DNA of 63,640 nucleotides, filler included, from Saprolegnia diclina VS20 (GCF_000281045.1; 8 parts of 5 records of this genome joined end to end with filler, not necessarily neighbours in it); one strand, 5' to 3'. Positions 35,853-47,916 are shown, counted from the whole stretch's first letter. Numbers and translations are program-made. Notes: generated by a model not told the origin, from the sequence alone.

Positions 35853-38720
35853 ATGGACGCGACAGCGACGCAAGCGGCGCGGCTGGCGACGGCCGCAAGG
35901 GACCGCTGGCTCAACAAGGACGAGATCGCGTTCCTCCTGCTCCATGCTAAGGCCTGCCAGGCTGCGATTCCCGTCTACCTGAGCCCGCAGCAGCAGCCGC
36001 CAAGTACGACGGATGCGACCGATACCCGCCATCGCTGACGATTGCTCTAGGCGGATCCCTTTTCTACTGCGCTGCCGCTATGGACTACAAGAAGGATGGT
36101 TGGACGTGGCAGAAGAAGAAAGGGAGCGAAACCATGGTCCGCGAAGACCGCGCCAAGCTCGTCGTGAACCGCGAGCTCGTCGTCCTCGGTGCGTACGCGC
36201 ACTCGGCCGACGCCACGTCGTTCCATCGACGCAGCTACGTGCTGCGCGTTGGCGACCCGCGCTACATGCTTGTGCACTACCTCGACGACGCCAAGAGCAA
36301 GCCACGCAGTCCCAAGCCCGCGCCCACACCGCCCCTCGACGACGATTGCAGCACGACCTTTATGGACGACGTCGACCTTCTCGGAGACATGGACCTGTCA
36401 AACGACCCACATGCGATGCAAGATGTGTACGACAACCTTGCATCGTACGCACCATCGTCGCCCAAGGTCGCTTGCTCTCGCGTCTTGATGTCGCATGCAC
36501 TCATGTAACGGTGGACTAGATGCTGCCGCTCCCTGCGCTCTCCGTCGTGCCCGAGACCAAGGCACCGCTCCAGATCACCGACTACTCGCCCAACTGGGAC
36601 TTTACCTCGGGCGGCGCCAAGCTCCTCATTTGCACCTCTGAGACGCTGCCGCAATCGACGCCCTTTTTCGTGCAATTTGGAGCCATCGCGACGGTTCTTG
36701 CCGAAAGCATTGCGTCCACGGTGCTTCGCTGCACAGGTAACAACGATGCACATAAGTATTGAGCTCAAGAGGTCGTAGCACCCATGACCCTCGAGGGTGG
36801 CCGCGTTCCGCTGAGAATCGTCACGTACCGCAACGGCGCGGTCGTGCCCATGTCGAGTCCGCGCGAGTTCGAGTACCGCGGCAGCACGTTCGCGCAGGTG
36901 CTCCAGGACACGGACATGCTGAGCGACGACACGACTGAGACCAAGTCGACGTTCAGTGAGCCGCACAGCATGAAGCGTGCGCGGTCTCCAGTTGACGACG
37001 CGGACGTGATGAGTGCATACTCAGACACACGATCCGTGAGCAGTCCTCCGGCCGTCTTTACGCACCAGCCATTTGCCCTTGACCAATACGACCGTACGTC
37101 CCTCCGCCGCTGCTACCTCGCTCGTAGTCTCATGCATTTTGCTAGCGCACGAGCGACAGTACAAGATCCGCGTCGTCGAACGCCTCTCGGAGTTTCGGCG
37201 CGTGATATCGTCCAAGCCGACGCTGCAGCCGACAGGTACGAGTTTGCAGCACCGTCTTCCTGCCTCATGCGTGTATGTGTGGGCAATTAGCTCACGTTGT
37301 CGAGGTACACCGAGCGCGTTTGATGGTCCACGTCTGAGCAACCGTGTTGGGTGTAGGAATCCTCGCCAGTGCTCCTCGACGACTCGGCAGTGGCAGCGCT
37401 CAGCGATAAAGAGCTCGGGTCGCTCTCCGACACGCTCATCGAAGACGTCGTCAAGCAGCTCGTGGCCGTCGCCGGCACATCTGCCGACCTTCTCGAGGAG
37501 GTACTCGAGTCTTTACCTCGGTTGTCGTTGCACCATGTTGTTTCTAGCTCAATTCGCTCGACGATGCTGGTCTGAGTCTGCTTCACTATGTGAGCTTCTA
37601 CAACTGCGCGCCGCTGGTCCCGCTCTTGCTCGCCCACGGTGCGCTCGTGGACCAGCGCAGCGCGCAAGGTCAGACCCCGCTGCATCTCGCGGCCGGTTGC
37701 GGCCACCTCGGCGTCGTCAAGGTGCTTCTCGCGCACAACGCGGACGTGACGATGTTTGACTTTGACTGCCTCACGCCCGCGGACCGGTAGTGGACATGTG
37801 GAGTGTGCGGTATCCCAACACTGTGCTTAGGGCAGAGAACTGTGGCCACGACGAAGTGGCTGCGTACCTCCACAGCATCCTCGAGCCGTCGCCGCCCAAA
37901 GCGACCGCAAACCTCTCGTTTTCGGAGCTCAAGTCGTTTGGGCTGTTTCACGATCAAGACTCGAGCGACCAGCACAACCGCAAGCTGCTCCTCGGCGCCT
38001 TCTCGACCATGAGTCTCCACGGTACTCCAGCGTTATGGGTCGAATGGTGCGTCACGTCCGTCTGTTGTAGACAAGTGCGCGCTCTCGCTGGGCACCAAGC
38101 GCCGTAGCAACAGCCTCGGTGACTACGACGAGCACGACTCGGACCACGACAAAATAGAGGTCAGCAGCGTCATGGACGACTCGGACGTGACCAAGCTCGA
38201 GGCGGCCATGCAGCTCATGGGCCCGGACGGTTGGACGCAGCTCGTAGGCGTCGCTCACCGTGGCGTAGAGCTAGCGCTGCTCGAGGAAGAGGCGCGTGTG
38301 ATCCAGTCCAACGTGCGGGCGTGGCTCTTGCGGCGCAGCTACAAGCACATGCGCGAGACGACGCAAAAGCTCCAAGAAGGTTTGTTCGTCATGTCTCGAA
38401 TTTGGTCGAATGTATTGCCTAGTCGCCAAAGAGGGTCTCGCCAAGCAAAAGATGGAGCGGGCGGCCGTGACCGTGCAAGCAGCGACGCGGAGCATGCTCG
38501 TGCGCAAGAGCTACCTCCAGCAGCGCAACACGGCGATCAAAGTCCAGGCGGGTACGTCGCGGCCCTCGAATCCGCGGACACAACGTGAATTGTAGCGGCG
38601 CGGGGCATCCTCTGCCGCAAGAACTTTGCCAACATGAAGAAGAGCGCGCTCGCATCGCTCGTGATTCAAAAGAACGTGCGTGAGTGGCTCGCCAAGCCCG
38701 AGCCCAAGAGCGGCGGATGA
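35853..38720 (+). CDS. CAMTA: Calmodulin-binding transcription activator (CG-1, TIG, ankyrin, IQ), many short introns
   Basis: CG-1 motifs RWLNKDEI, YKKDGWTWQKKK, VREDRAKL, FHRRSY and LVHYLD. TIG motif ITDYSPNWDFTSGGAKLLI. Ankyrin GQTPLHLAAGCGH. IQ motifs IQSNVRAW, VQAATRSM and IQKNVREW. Confidence 0.9.
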
Positions 38721-38820
38721 GCGACGTCTGCCCGTGTCCTGTACCATATCGTAGTGTCGTCTATCTATTAGTAGTATGTTATAAATCGCAAGCCAGCAAT
38801 CGCCATGGGCTCGATTCGAT

Positions 38821-39316
38821 TTAGTCGTCGCGGAAGCGCTTGAAGCCCGGGATCGGCGGCGTCCACGTCGGGAAGCCACGGGTCATGGGCACGAGCGAAA
38901 AGTCCTCGACGAGCGCCTCTGCTCTCAACTCGGCCGTCGGGAGCGCGTTGATGGCCTCCCACTTCAAGCTGATCTTGAGCTGCAGGTCCTTCATGAGCGC
39001 GTTGTGGCGGATCGACGTCATCGAGTTGTACTTGCGGCCAATCTCAAAGTGCTCCTGCTTCTCGGCCTCAGTCCACTCCGGCCTGTACAGTGCAGGATGA
39101 GCATACACGTGACACATTGCATGGGCTGACGTACGGCGGGATGTCGCGGCCCTTGAGGGCACGGAGCATGACGTCGTACTTGCCCGAGTCGGTGCCCTTG
39201 TCGTTCTTCTTGGCCGTGGCCTTGAACTTGGCCGACTTGGCGCCACGCTTCTCCGTGGCGGCGCTGCCCTTCTTGGTCGCGAAGGACCGCGCTTGCATCA
39301 CACACCGGCGCATCAT
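38821..39316 (-). CDS. MRPL40: Mitochondrial large ribosomal subunit protein mL40-like, one intron
   Basis: Arg-rich presequence ending RSFATKK. C-terminal EAINALP...ELRAEAL...P...FPTWTPPIPGF is typical of the MRP-L28/mL40 family. Confidence 0.7.
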
Positions 39317-40003
39317 GCTGCTCGTGCTGGTCTTCCCGAGTCTTTTCGCCACTGGCCAACCAACCTGTCCTGCGCAGCGTATCCGTATCCGAATTATCCG
39401 GATTCGGAACCTCGGCTACCTGAAATAGTGTCAAATTGACTCGACGATGAAATGCACAGTCACCGCGTCCGCTGCGATCGCTAGTTCACCAAAGGATACG
39501 AGAAAAAGAGCAAGGTCAAAGAACACTGTTCCTTCTTGCTGGTACCAGTACCTGGCAGACGTCATTGAGACTCTGAGAAGCAGGTTGCGCGTAACCGAAA
39601 CGCATCGAGGTGGTTACATCATCGTCCTACAGACAAATTGTGCATGTTCGCAACGCATATCGCATTGAGTTTAAGCTTTGGATACATAGTGAGACTAGTG
39701 CGGTAGGGTCACGTGGTGTCGAAGTCGGTGGCTAATCACACTCTTTGTTCATGGACTCTCGGAGGGTTCCGACGCATGGCCATTGGTATTATATATAGCG
39801 AATATCGCGACCTCGATCGCTTGCAGCTGAATGCTCGGGTTGACAGCGCGTCTCTAAGGGTCGATTCACAGTAACTTTAATGGGATCTCATCACTCAAGT
39901 GCGCCTGCCGATCCAGAGTGTCGCCGATCAAGTATACACTATTCACGTCGTACACTATTGTAGTGAAACACGTTGATGATTGGCTCGCTTGAATTACACT
40001 GCA

Positions 40004-41708
40004 ATGATGATGCTCCAACGACTCTCGGCGCGGTCGGCGCTGCTGCTGCAGCCTCGTAGCCTGCGCTTCCACACGTTGGGCCTTGATGAGAGCCTCGTTT
40101 CGGCCCTTGCCGCCCAAGGCATTGCGACGCCCAGCCAAGTCCAGCGCGAGGTAGACCACATAGGCTCCTTCACAAAATAGTGCATGGCAGCGTAGGCGGT
40201 GCCCATGGTGCTCGACCCGGCGCGTCCTGACGTCGTCATTGGCGCCGAAACCGGCAGTGGCAAGACGCTGACGTACGTGCTGCCGCTTCTGCAGCGGCTT
40301 CGGGCGTACCCGCACCCGATGACGGCGATTCGCAAGCCTATCGCAGTCATCATGGTACCCAACCAAGAACTCGTCAAGCAGATCGAGCGCGTCGTGCAGA
40401 GCTTGGACCCCGAGGTGCCGCTGGCGTGCTTGACAAAGACGCACGCGATTCCGCGCCGGACGCCCGTGCTTGTCGGCACGCCCAAGGCCATCTTGCAGGT
40501 TCGTCGCGGATGGTAGCAGCTATGGCAAACACGAAATTAGCACGCGTCGGCCAAGGACTTGGTGTCGGTAGAAATGATCGTCGTCGACGAAGCTGATATG
40601 CTTCTCGGCGGTGGCTTTGAGCGCGATACGAAGCAAGTGCTTGGCGTCATCCGCAACCAAGCGCTCGTGGACCCGGCCTCGAACGAGTACATCCCAGGAT
40701 TCCACCGCGACAACGATAGCACCGAGCCCGTGGGGCTGGCATCGTACCCGCGCCAAACGATTTTTGCTGCGATATCCTTTTCCACGCCACTGGCATATAC
40801 ATCCTTGATGACGACTGGCCAGACCTTACTACAGACGACGATCTCTGTACGCCACCATCCCAACGTATGGCAAATTGGCTGTCAGCGAGTACCTCAAGCG
40901 CAAGTTCCCGGACGCCGTCTACGCCATCACTGACGTATGTTGATTCGATATTTCAAAGCCTTGATCTTCGACTCGTAGCAATTCCACCGGACGCTCTCGA
41001 CACTGGACCAAACGTTTCTGCATCTGAAGTCGAGCGACCGCGCCGAGCGGGAGCAGCGTCTCTTGGAGGTGCGTCGCATGCGGCGCCGCCATCTCACGTC
41101 GACTAGATTCTGGCCAACGACAGCGAGTCCAGTGGCAGCGTCCTTATCTTTGTCGACTCGGTCGCGAGTGCAAAGGCTCTCGAAGAGTTCCTTGTCGCCA
41201 ACGACATTCCCTGCCGCGCGCTGCACAAGGTACACACTCCTTTGCGAACATGCTTTTGAGAGCTTTTAGGAAGTGGCTCGGGACGAGCGCTCCGATGTCT
41301 TGGCCGCCATGGCGACGGGGCGTCAGGTCGTCGTGGCGACCGACATTGCTGCCCGCGGTCTCGACACGCGCGATGTACGTTTTCGAAAAGTTGTTATGAG
41401 TCGGATGCGACGGCCGTGTCTAGGTCGACCACGTGGTTCAGTTTGAGTTTGCGACCAACGTCGTGACGCATATCCACCGTATTGGCCGCACGGCGCGCGG
41501 CGGGACGACTGGCAAAGGTAGCGCGACCTTGGTATGGTGTTTAAGATGCTTTATCGACCTAGTCACCAATTTTATTGGCCGCGAAAACGAGCTTGTGTAC
41601 AAGGAAATCGAAGCCGCCGGCGCGGATGGCACGCTCACCAAGGGCTTTAGCCGTCGCCGGAGTCTGCGAAAGAAGTTCAAGAAGGCGGCCAACGACCAAG
41701 GAATCTAA
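40004..41708 (+). CDS. DEAD-box RNA helicase, DDX28/Mrh4/RH22-like, probably mitochondrial; 8 introns, one of them AT-AC
   Basis: Q motif PSQVQ, AETGSGKT, VPNQELVKQ, VGTP, DEADMLL, motif III FAAAT (after splicing 40772-40850), ATDIAARGLD and HRIGRTAR. The N-terminus is rich in R, L and S. Confidence 0.9.
40772..40850 (+). other. U12-type (minor spliceosome) AT-AC intron
   Basis: Starts ATATCCTTT and ends TAC, with TCCTTGAT (40802) and CCTTACT (40824) as branch-like sites. Removing it joins QTIFAA to ATIPTYGK in frame. Confidence 0.88.
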
Positions 41709-41866
41709 ATCGCCAACGCTAGATAACCTATTTGAATGCAAAAGTCGCCTCTTCAAAAGCTAGCTGCATAGTTGTACGGGAATCACTCCGAGACGTCACC
41801 CTCACGAGAATGTATTATATATAACGTTATGCAAAGCTACTACTAGTGCTTGGCACCGACAACACG

Positions 41867-42793
41867 CTACTGCGTCGGCTTCTTGTCCGCGGGGAACGCC
41901 GACAGCGTCTTGTAGTCCCACGGCGCGCGCTTGGGCGGAAACTTGCCGCTGCGCATGTCGTTGAAGCACTCGCGGATCTGCGCTTGTGTGTTCATGACGA
42001 TCGGGCCGTGCCACGCGATGGGCTCCTTGATCTTCTTGCCCGCAAAGAGCATCGCCGAGACGGCTTTCGAGCGCGCAGTGAGCTCGAACGTCCGCTTGGC
42101 CTCGTTGGTCGCGTCGAGGAGCGCGACTTGGTTGATGCGAATTGGCGCCGTGTTGAGAAGCGCGTCGCCCTCGTACACAAAGAGCATGCACGTGTCCATG
42201 CCAGCGGGGATGTCGTATGTGAGCGTGCTGCTCGGCGACAGCTCAAAGTCGACCATTTGCACAAACTGCTTGGTCTTGAACTGGCCCGTCCGGCCGTCCG
42301 CAAACGGACCAGCGAGCAGGCGCGCTTGGACACCGGGCGATAGCTCGACCTGCGGAATTGTCGCCGGGTCTTCTGTGCCGTACGACGGATCGTCCATCTT
42401 GTGTTTGGCCGGGACGTTGAGCCAGATCTGGAAGCCTTCTTCGATCTCGCCAGCATTGTTGGCGCCGCCTTCAGCGTGCTCGATGCCGCTGCCGCAGCTG
42501 ATCCACTGCATGCCGGGCGCCGCAAACTCTTCGCGGTTGCCCATCGAGTCGCCATGGCGGCCGGTGCCGCGCTTGAGGTACGTCATGATGTCCATGCCGC
42601 GGTGCGGGTGCCACCCGATGGGAAAGTCGTCAGCGTGGGCGGCGCGGCCGTCGCTCTCGATGATGAGATGGTCGCACATGAGGAAGGGGTCGCTCTCCTC
42701 GGACGGAATCCCCAGCGGAAAGGCCTGCATAACCGAGCGCTCGTCACCAAAAGGCCGGGAAACCCCGGCGTCAACCACGCGGATCGTGCGCAT
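41867..42793 (-). CDS. Pirin family protein, copy 1 (N-terminal ~30 codons unreliable)
   Basis: Motifs DPFLMCDH, WHPHRGMD, GSGIEHAE, FQIWLNVP and EPIAWHGPIVMNT. The ORF track's extension to 43441 is spurious. Confidence 0.9.
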   Translation of the reverse strand: MRTIRVVDAGVSRPFGDERSVMQAFPLGIPSEESDPFLMCDHLIIESDGRAAHADDFPIGWHPHRGMDIMTYLKRGTGRHGDSMGNREEFAAPGMQWISCGSGIEHAEGGANNAGEIEEGFQIWLNVPAKHKMDDPSYGTEDPATIPQVELSPGVQARLLAGPFADGRTGQFKTKQFVQMVDFELSPSSTLTYDIPAGMDTCMLFVYEGDALLNTAPIRINQVALLDATNEAKRTFELTARSKAVSAMLFAGKKIKEPIAWHGPIVMNTQAQIRECFNDMRSGKFPPKRAPWDYKTLSAFPADKKPTQ

Positions 42794-43492
42794 CGCACTG
42801 GCCATCATCGGAGTGGCAAAAAGAAAAAGAGGAAAAAAAGGACCGGCAAGAGCCAGAAACATACACAGCAAAAACAACTGCAAACACAAACACACCATGA
42901 CCCTCGCGTGACAGAAACAAGTGACAACACTGCACGACAAGAAGACCACGGAAGCAGCGGAACAAAAACCAACTCCTAAAGCAAAAGAAAAACCCAAAGA
43001 TCTCATAGCACACGCAAGCAAGGACCTGAGGAAGCAACCTCGACGAGTCACGCGCCCCCTGGACCAAGCCGCACAAGCCAAGTTGCACAGCACCGAAATG
43101 CCATGACAAGCCGCAACGACAGGAGTAGCCGAAGAAAAGAAAACCGAAGGACGCCAACGACTAATGGCCGAGACACCCAACAAAAAAATAACAACAAAAC
43201 CAAACCGAAGGACGAAGACGCGACAAAACACAGACAGAACCGCACAACTGCCAGAAGAACGAACGACATCCAACGACAAATCAAAAACGGAAATCTTGCT
43301 CGTGCGCAACCAAAAGAGCCGACCGCCCAACCGTCCGAGAACACATCCAAACAAAAAACCCAAAACCACTGAACAAAAAACAACAACACCAGAGCATCCG
43401 CCCGCAAAAAACTCCAGCACGCCAACTGCAAACCACTTCAAGCAAACCAGTCAACAAGCCGCAACTCGACCAACACCAGCACCCCCACCACA

Positions 43493-44419
43493 ATGCGCAC
43501 GATCCGCGTCGTTGACGCCAACATTGCCCACCCCTTTGGCGACGACCGCACAGTGATCCAAGCCTTCCCCAGAGCCATCCCGTCCGAAGAGAGCGACCCC
43601 TTCCTCATGTGCGACCATCTCATCATCGAGAGCGACGGCCGCGCCGCCCACGCTGACGACTTTCCCATCGGGTGGCACCCGCACCGCGGCATGGACATCA
43701 TGACGTACCTCAAGCGCGGCACCGGCCGCCATGGCGACTCGATGGGCAACCGCGAAGAGTTTGCGGCGCCCGGCATGCAGTGGATCAGCTGCGGCAGCGG
43801 CATCGAGCACGCTGAAGGCGGCGCCAACAATGCTGGCGAGATCGAAGAAGGCTTCCAGATCTGGCTCAACGTCCCGGCCAAACACAAGATGGACGATCCG
43901 TCGTACGGCACAGAAGACCCGGCGACAATTCCGCAGGTCGAGCTATCGCCCGGTGTCCAAGCGCGCCTGCTCGCGGGTCCGTTTGCGGACGGCCGGACGG
44001 GCCAGTTCAAGACCAAGCAGTTTGTGCAAATGGTCGACTTTGAGCTGTCGCCGAGCAGCACGCTCACATACGACATCCCCGCTGGCATGGACACGTGCAT
44101 GCTCTTTGTGTACGAGGGCGACGCGCTTCTCAACACGGCGCCAATTCGCATCAACCAAGTCGCGCTCCTCGACGCGACCAACGAGGCCAAGCGGACGTTC
44201 GAGCTCACTGCGCGCTCGAAAGCCGTCTCGGCGATGCTCTTTGCGGGCAAGAAGATCAAGGAGCCCATCGCGTGGCACGGCCCGATCGTCATGAACACAC
44301 AAGCGCAGATCCGCGAGTGCTTCAACGACATGCGCAGCGGCAAGTTTCCGCCCAAGCGCGCGCCGTGGGACTACAAGACGCTGTCGGCGTTCCCCGCAGA
44401 CAAGAAGCCGACGCAGTAG
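43493..44419 (+). CDS. Pirin family protein, copy 2 (N-terminal ~30 codons unreliable)
   Basis: Same motifs as copy 1. The protein is identical to copy 1 from IPSEESDPF onward. Confidence 0.9.
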   Translation: MRTIRVVDANIAHPFGDDRTVIQAFPRAIPSEESDPFLMCDHLIIESDGRAAHADDFPIGWHPHRGMDIMTYLKRGTGRHGDSMGNREEFAAPGMQWISCGSGIEHAEGGANNAGEIEEGFQIWLNVPAKHKMDDPSYGTEDPATIPQVELSPGVQARLLAGPFADGRTGQFKTKQFVQMVDFELSPSSTLTYDIPAGMDTCMLFVYEGDALLNTAPIRINQVALLDATNEAKRTFELTARSKAVSAMLFAGKKIKEPIAWHGPIVMNTQAQIRECFNDMRSGKFPPKRAPWDYKTLSAFPADKKPTQ

Positions 44420-44784
44420 CGTGTCGTCGGTGACAAGCACGAGTAGTAGATTTGCATAACGTTATATATAATACATTCTCGTGAGGTTATGAGGATGCTG
44501 TGGGTAGAGAGAGTTCGTACGATACTACAGTCCAAGTAATCAATTGGAGCCTGGGTAAAATAACATTGACTGGCTTCTGCGGGGCTTTCCCAGAAGCGCC
44601 GTACGGTAGGCAAACATGTACTCGTTGGTGTGAAGACACTTACTGTGAGTCAAACTCGAAGCAGCAACGACACAGTCATTTTTGAGCGACTTTGTGTTTT
44701 TGGCTTGGAGTTGAACCCAAAGAGAAGAATGGGGGACTAACTAGTACTAGAACGTTCTTGATAACTTTTACACTCACTGCGCGA

Positions 44785-45565
44785 TTACTTCTTGTGTTGC
44801 ACGATGACTTCAACAAAGTACCGGTGCCAGCGCGTGTCACTCGTGAGCTCGGGATGGAACGCGGTGACGAGGATGTTGTCCTATCAAATAATGTGAGCTT
44901 CCACACGACAAGATGCTTTTACCGCACCTTGCGGGCCGCCACGATGACGTCGGTCGGGTCCGAGCCGTCGGCCGGCGACGCGTTTTTGATCTGCGACAGG
45001 ATTTCGATTTCTTCGCCGACAGAGACGATGGCCGGTGCGCGGATGAAGACGGCGTTGTACGGCGTCGCCTCGTCGTAGCCGGGCGGGCCGCGGATGTGCT
45101 GCTCAAAGCTGCGGATTTGCGCACCGAAAAAGTTGCGCGAGACTTCGACGTCGAGGCCGCCGATGAGAGCTTGACCGCCCTAATGTTAATTCAAGAATGA
45201 GCTTTCTTCCTGATCTTGGGTCTGTTTCCGAACCTGCTTGGCATGGCGCGCCGACTGCGCAAGCAAGATCATACCGGCGCACGTGCCCCAGATCGGCTTC
45301 TTGTCGTGGACCCATTGCTTGAGCGGCTCAATCTACAAAAATGGTTTCAGCGGCTGGGCAGGGCATCGAAAGTCTAATGTACCATGCCCCAACGCTCGGC
45401 GACCTTGGCAATGGCCGTGGATTCGCCGCCGGGAAAGACGAGCGCATCAAGGCCTTCAAGCTCCGACGGGAGGCGGACTTGGACAGCGTCGGCGCCGACA
45501 GCCTTGAGCATGTCGACGTGCTCTTCGAAAGCGCCTTGCAGCGCGAGGACACCGATCTTGACCAT
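44785..45565 (-). CDS. PDX2: Pyridoxal 5'-phosphate synthase glutaminase subunit, 4 exons
   Basis: Motifs [44 protein letters not shown] and AFHPEL. Confidence 0.95.
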
Positions 45566-45849
45566 CGCTGACGAGTGAAGTTGGAAAATGGGCAGCGTGG
45601 AGGATGCGCCCTCATTTGTGGGCCCGGCCCAGTGCAAACTCACGTTTCATTGGCTCGCTTCGGGCACATCGCGTTGCATCGCAACAAAGTAGCCAATCAG
45701 AGCCGACGTCGATTGCTGTGCGGCCCAGGTCATGACGCAATCCGTCGATCAGTGTTCGACGGACGTCGTCCCGGATGGTCCTGCTGCTGCTAGTGCCCTG
45801 CATTGAAGGTCACCATTGCTGGTCATTTTGACGAAAGGGCTACCTCTAG

Positions 45850-47600
45850 TAGACTATTGCAATCTTGCTCAAGGCCCAGTGTTCAAGAATCGTATCGGAG
45901 CTTTGTACGCTCATGAACGCAGCGACAGACAATACTTGCGCCGGTCCTGGCTTTGCGCTTCAAGTCGACAAGTGGCACCACCATGGTATTCTGTGCAGCT
46001 GCAACATCTGCTCACATCTCGGCCATTCTTGCCGACAGCTACGTTCCATGGCATTCCACCGAGTCATCCCGTTGGCGGCAGGGGCTCGGTGGCTATCGAT
46101 GACAAGCTACCGTAGTCCCTCGTCCCAGCGCCGGCTTTGCGCGCAATAGCCAAAGCACACACAACAACAAGCTCGCGCGATTGGGTGGACCACCCAAAGA
46201 AGAGATTCGTTATAGCATCATAATGTCCATCCTCTCCACGCGTGAAGCATCGTTCGATTAAACCCGCCAACACGAGCTGTCGCCCAACGGCTGCACCCGT
46301 TTGAAACCACTACTGCCGGAGTGCGCTATGTAGCGCCATACAAAACCCATAGCAAAATGAGCGCTCTTAGTCCTCATTCGACGGTGTGAACGTTCGGCCA
46401 GCGCAGTTGCCGACGAGGAGCACCCATGATGACCGTCAATCAAATTCTACTTTGCGTGAGGGCATGATTTGCTCGCAGCTATGCTTTGCGGGAGGTGCGT
46501 AGGCTTTCTACTTATAAAGCGCCACCGTACTTGAAACCGTCGTCGAATAGCAGCGGCTTCGAACTGCCTAGACAGCATTCATGTCCTCAATTTCCTTGCA
46601 TCGCCAACAATCCTCCCGCTCGTATCGGATCGCGTGGCTCTCCAACAGCGCCCGCACCAACAGCGTTGTACAGGCAAAGGAGGACAAAACGCGCCTCGTT
46701 CAAGGTATAGGCACATCTTCTCGCCAACCTCACGTCCTACATCTCAGTCTCCTTTTTGTTGTCGACAAGCTACATCGCGATTTATTACACCCCCTCTCAC
46801 AGTCGTGTCTTCTTATTTTGACGGGGTGTGCCCCCAACTCGTGCTCACGGCCTGAATGGAGCGTGCTAGCTTCGCTTGCGGCGTGGGTCGCAACTGGAAA
46901 CCAGCTCGTACACCTCCTCCAAGTGTCACCTTCGTCGACGCTGTACATGTACGTCATGACGTGCACAACCGGCTGCGAGAACGAAGCGTCAGCCTCCCTG
47001 CAGCTGCTCGTGGGCTACGACAACTACCCACAATGCACCCCGGTGCCTGGTGGCCGCCCACCGCCGGTATGGTGCTCGTCAAAGGCGCCACTGTCGAGAA
47101 AGTCTACCCTCAAGGCGCATATCTTTTGACTGTACTTGCGGACGCGTCCATAAACCAAACCACCATGTTCGTCGACGGCGATAGCTTTGCAGCCAGTGTC
47201 GTTAACAACATTGCGCGCGTCCTCATCGGCGTGGAAGGGTGCGCGCAGGCGTATCCGCATGGATCCAACGCGATACTCCACTCGACGCCACTTGGTGCAC
47301 TGTGCAATTCAAGTGTCGTGCACGGCGCAGATTGTGCACGTGATCAGTGCCATGCAAGAGGTAGCGGGCTGGAACTATGGACTCTATTCCACGATTGCCG
47401 TCGTCATGGGTAAAGTGTGTCGGCACAGCGTCGCCAATGCGTTGGAGATCTAGGTGCTGCATTCGCTTTTGGTCACCGTAATGCACGTTGGATGCCCGGC
47501 GGACATTCTCATGACTCTCCAAGGTGTACGTGGCGTCCTGCAGCAAAAACCGATTCTCATACACAATTTAATATCGAGTTTGGAACGTCGTCGCGAACTA
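45850..47600 (+). pseudogene. Possible decayed membrane-protein gene
   Basis: Scattered hydrophobic, protein-like segments in shifting frames with stops. No recognisable domain. Confidence 0.25.
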
Positions 47601-47916
47601 CTCGGCGTTGGCGTGGCCACCGCGTACCGGTACAGTAGTATACATACGAGATATATCCATCGATTCATCTATGCATCTCTAGTAAATATTTCCATCTATC
47701 CTTCTATCCTTGGTACACCTCATGGATACACATTGCCTTTGACAGCGCAAGGTTTGATGGGACGAGGTGGACAGGGTCAGCGCACTGCTTCACCTGATGA
47801 ACAGCACATCGAGTACTTCATGGCAACACTCGCCATGGGATGTTCTGTTGAACCAAAATGCGCACATGATCATCACAATAACGTTGTATCACGACAGAGT
47901 TGTATCACGACAGAGT

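Larger units (their letters stand above)
41800..44486. repeat. Large inverted repeat with arms of about 1 kb (41800-42793 and 43493-44486) and a spacer of about 700 nt
   Basis: The arms mirror about position 43143. They are near-identical over the pirin CDS and about 65 nt of 3' flank. Confidence 0.95.

Noticed and set aside
42794..43441. 216-aa hydrophobic F/V/C/L-rich N-terminal extension on pirin (ORF 41867..43441), resembling a membrane anchor
   Set aside because: It is a by-product of the T-poor, apparently chimeric spacer, whose reverse strand has few A and therefore few stop codons.
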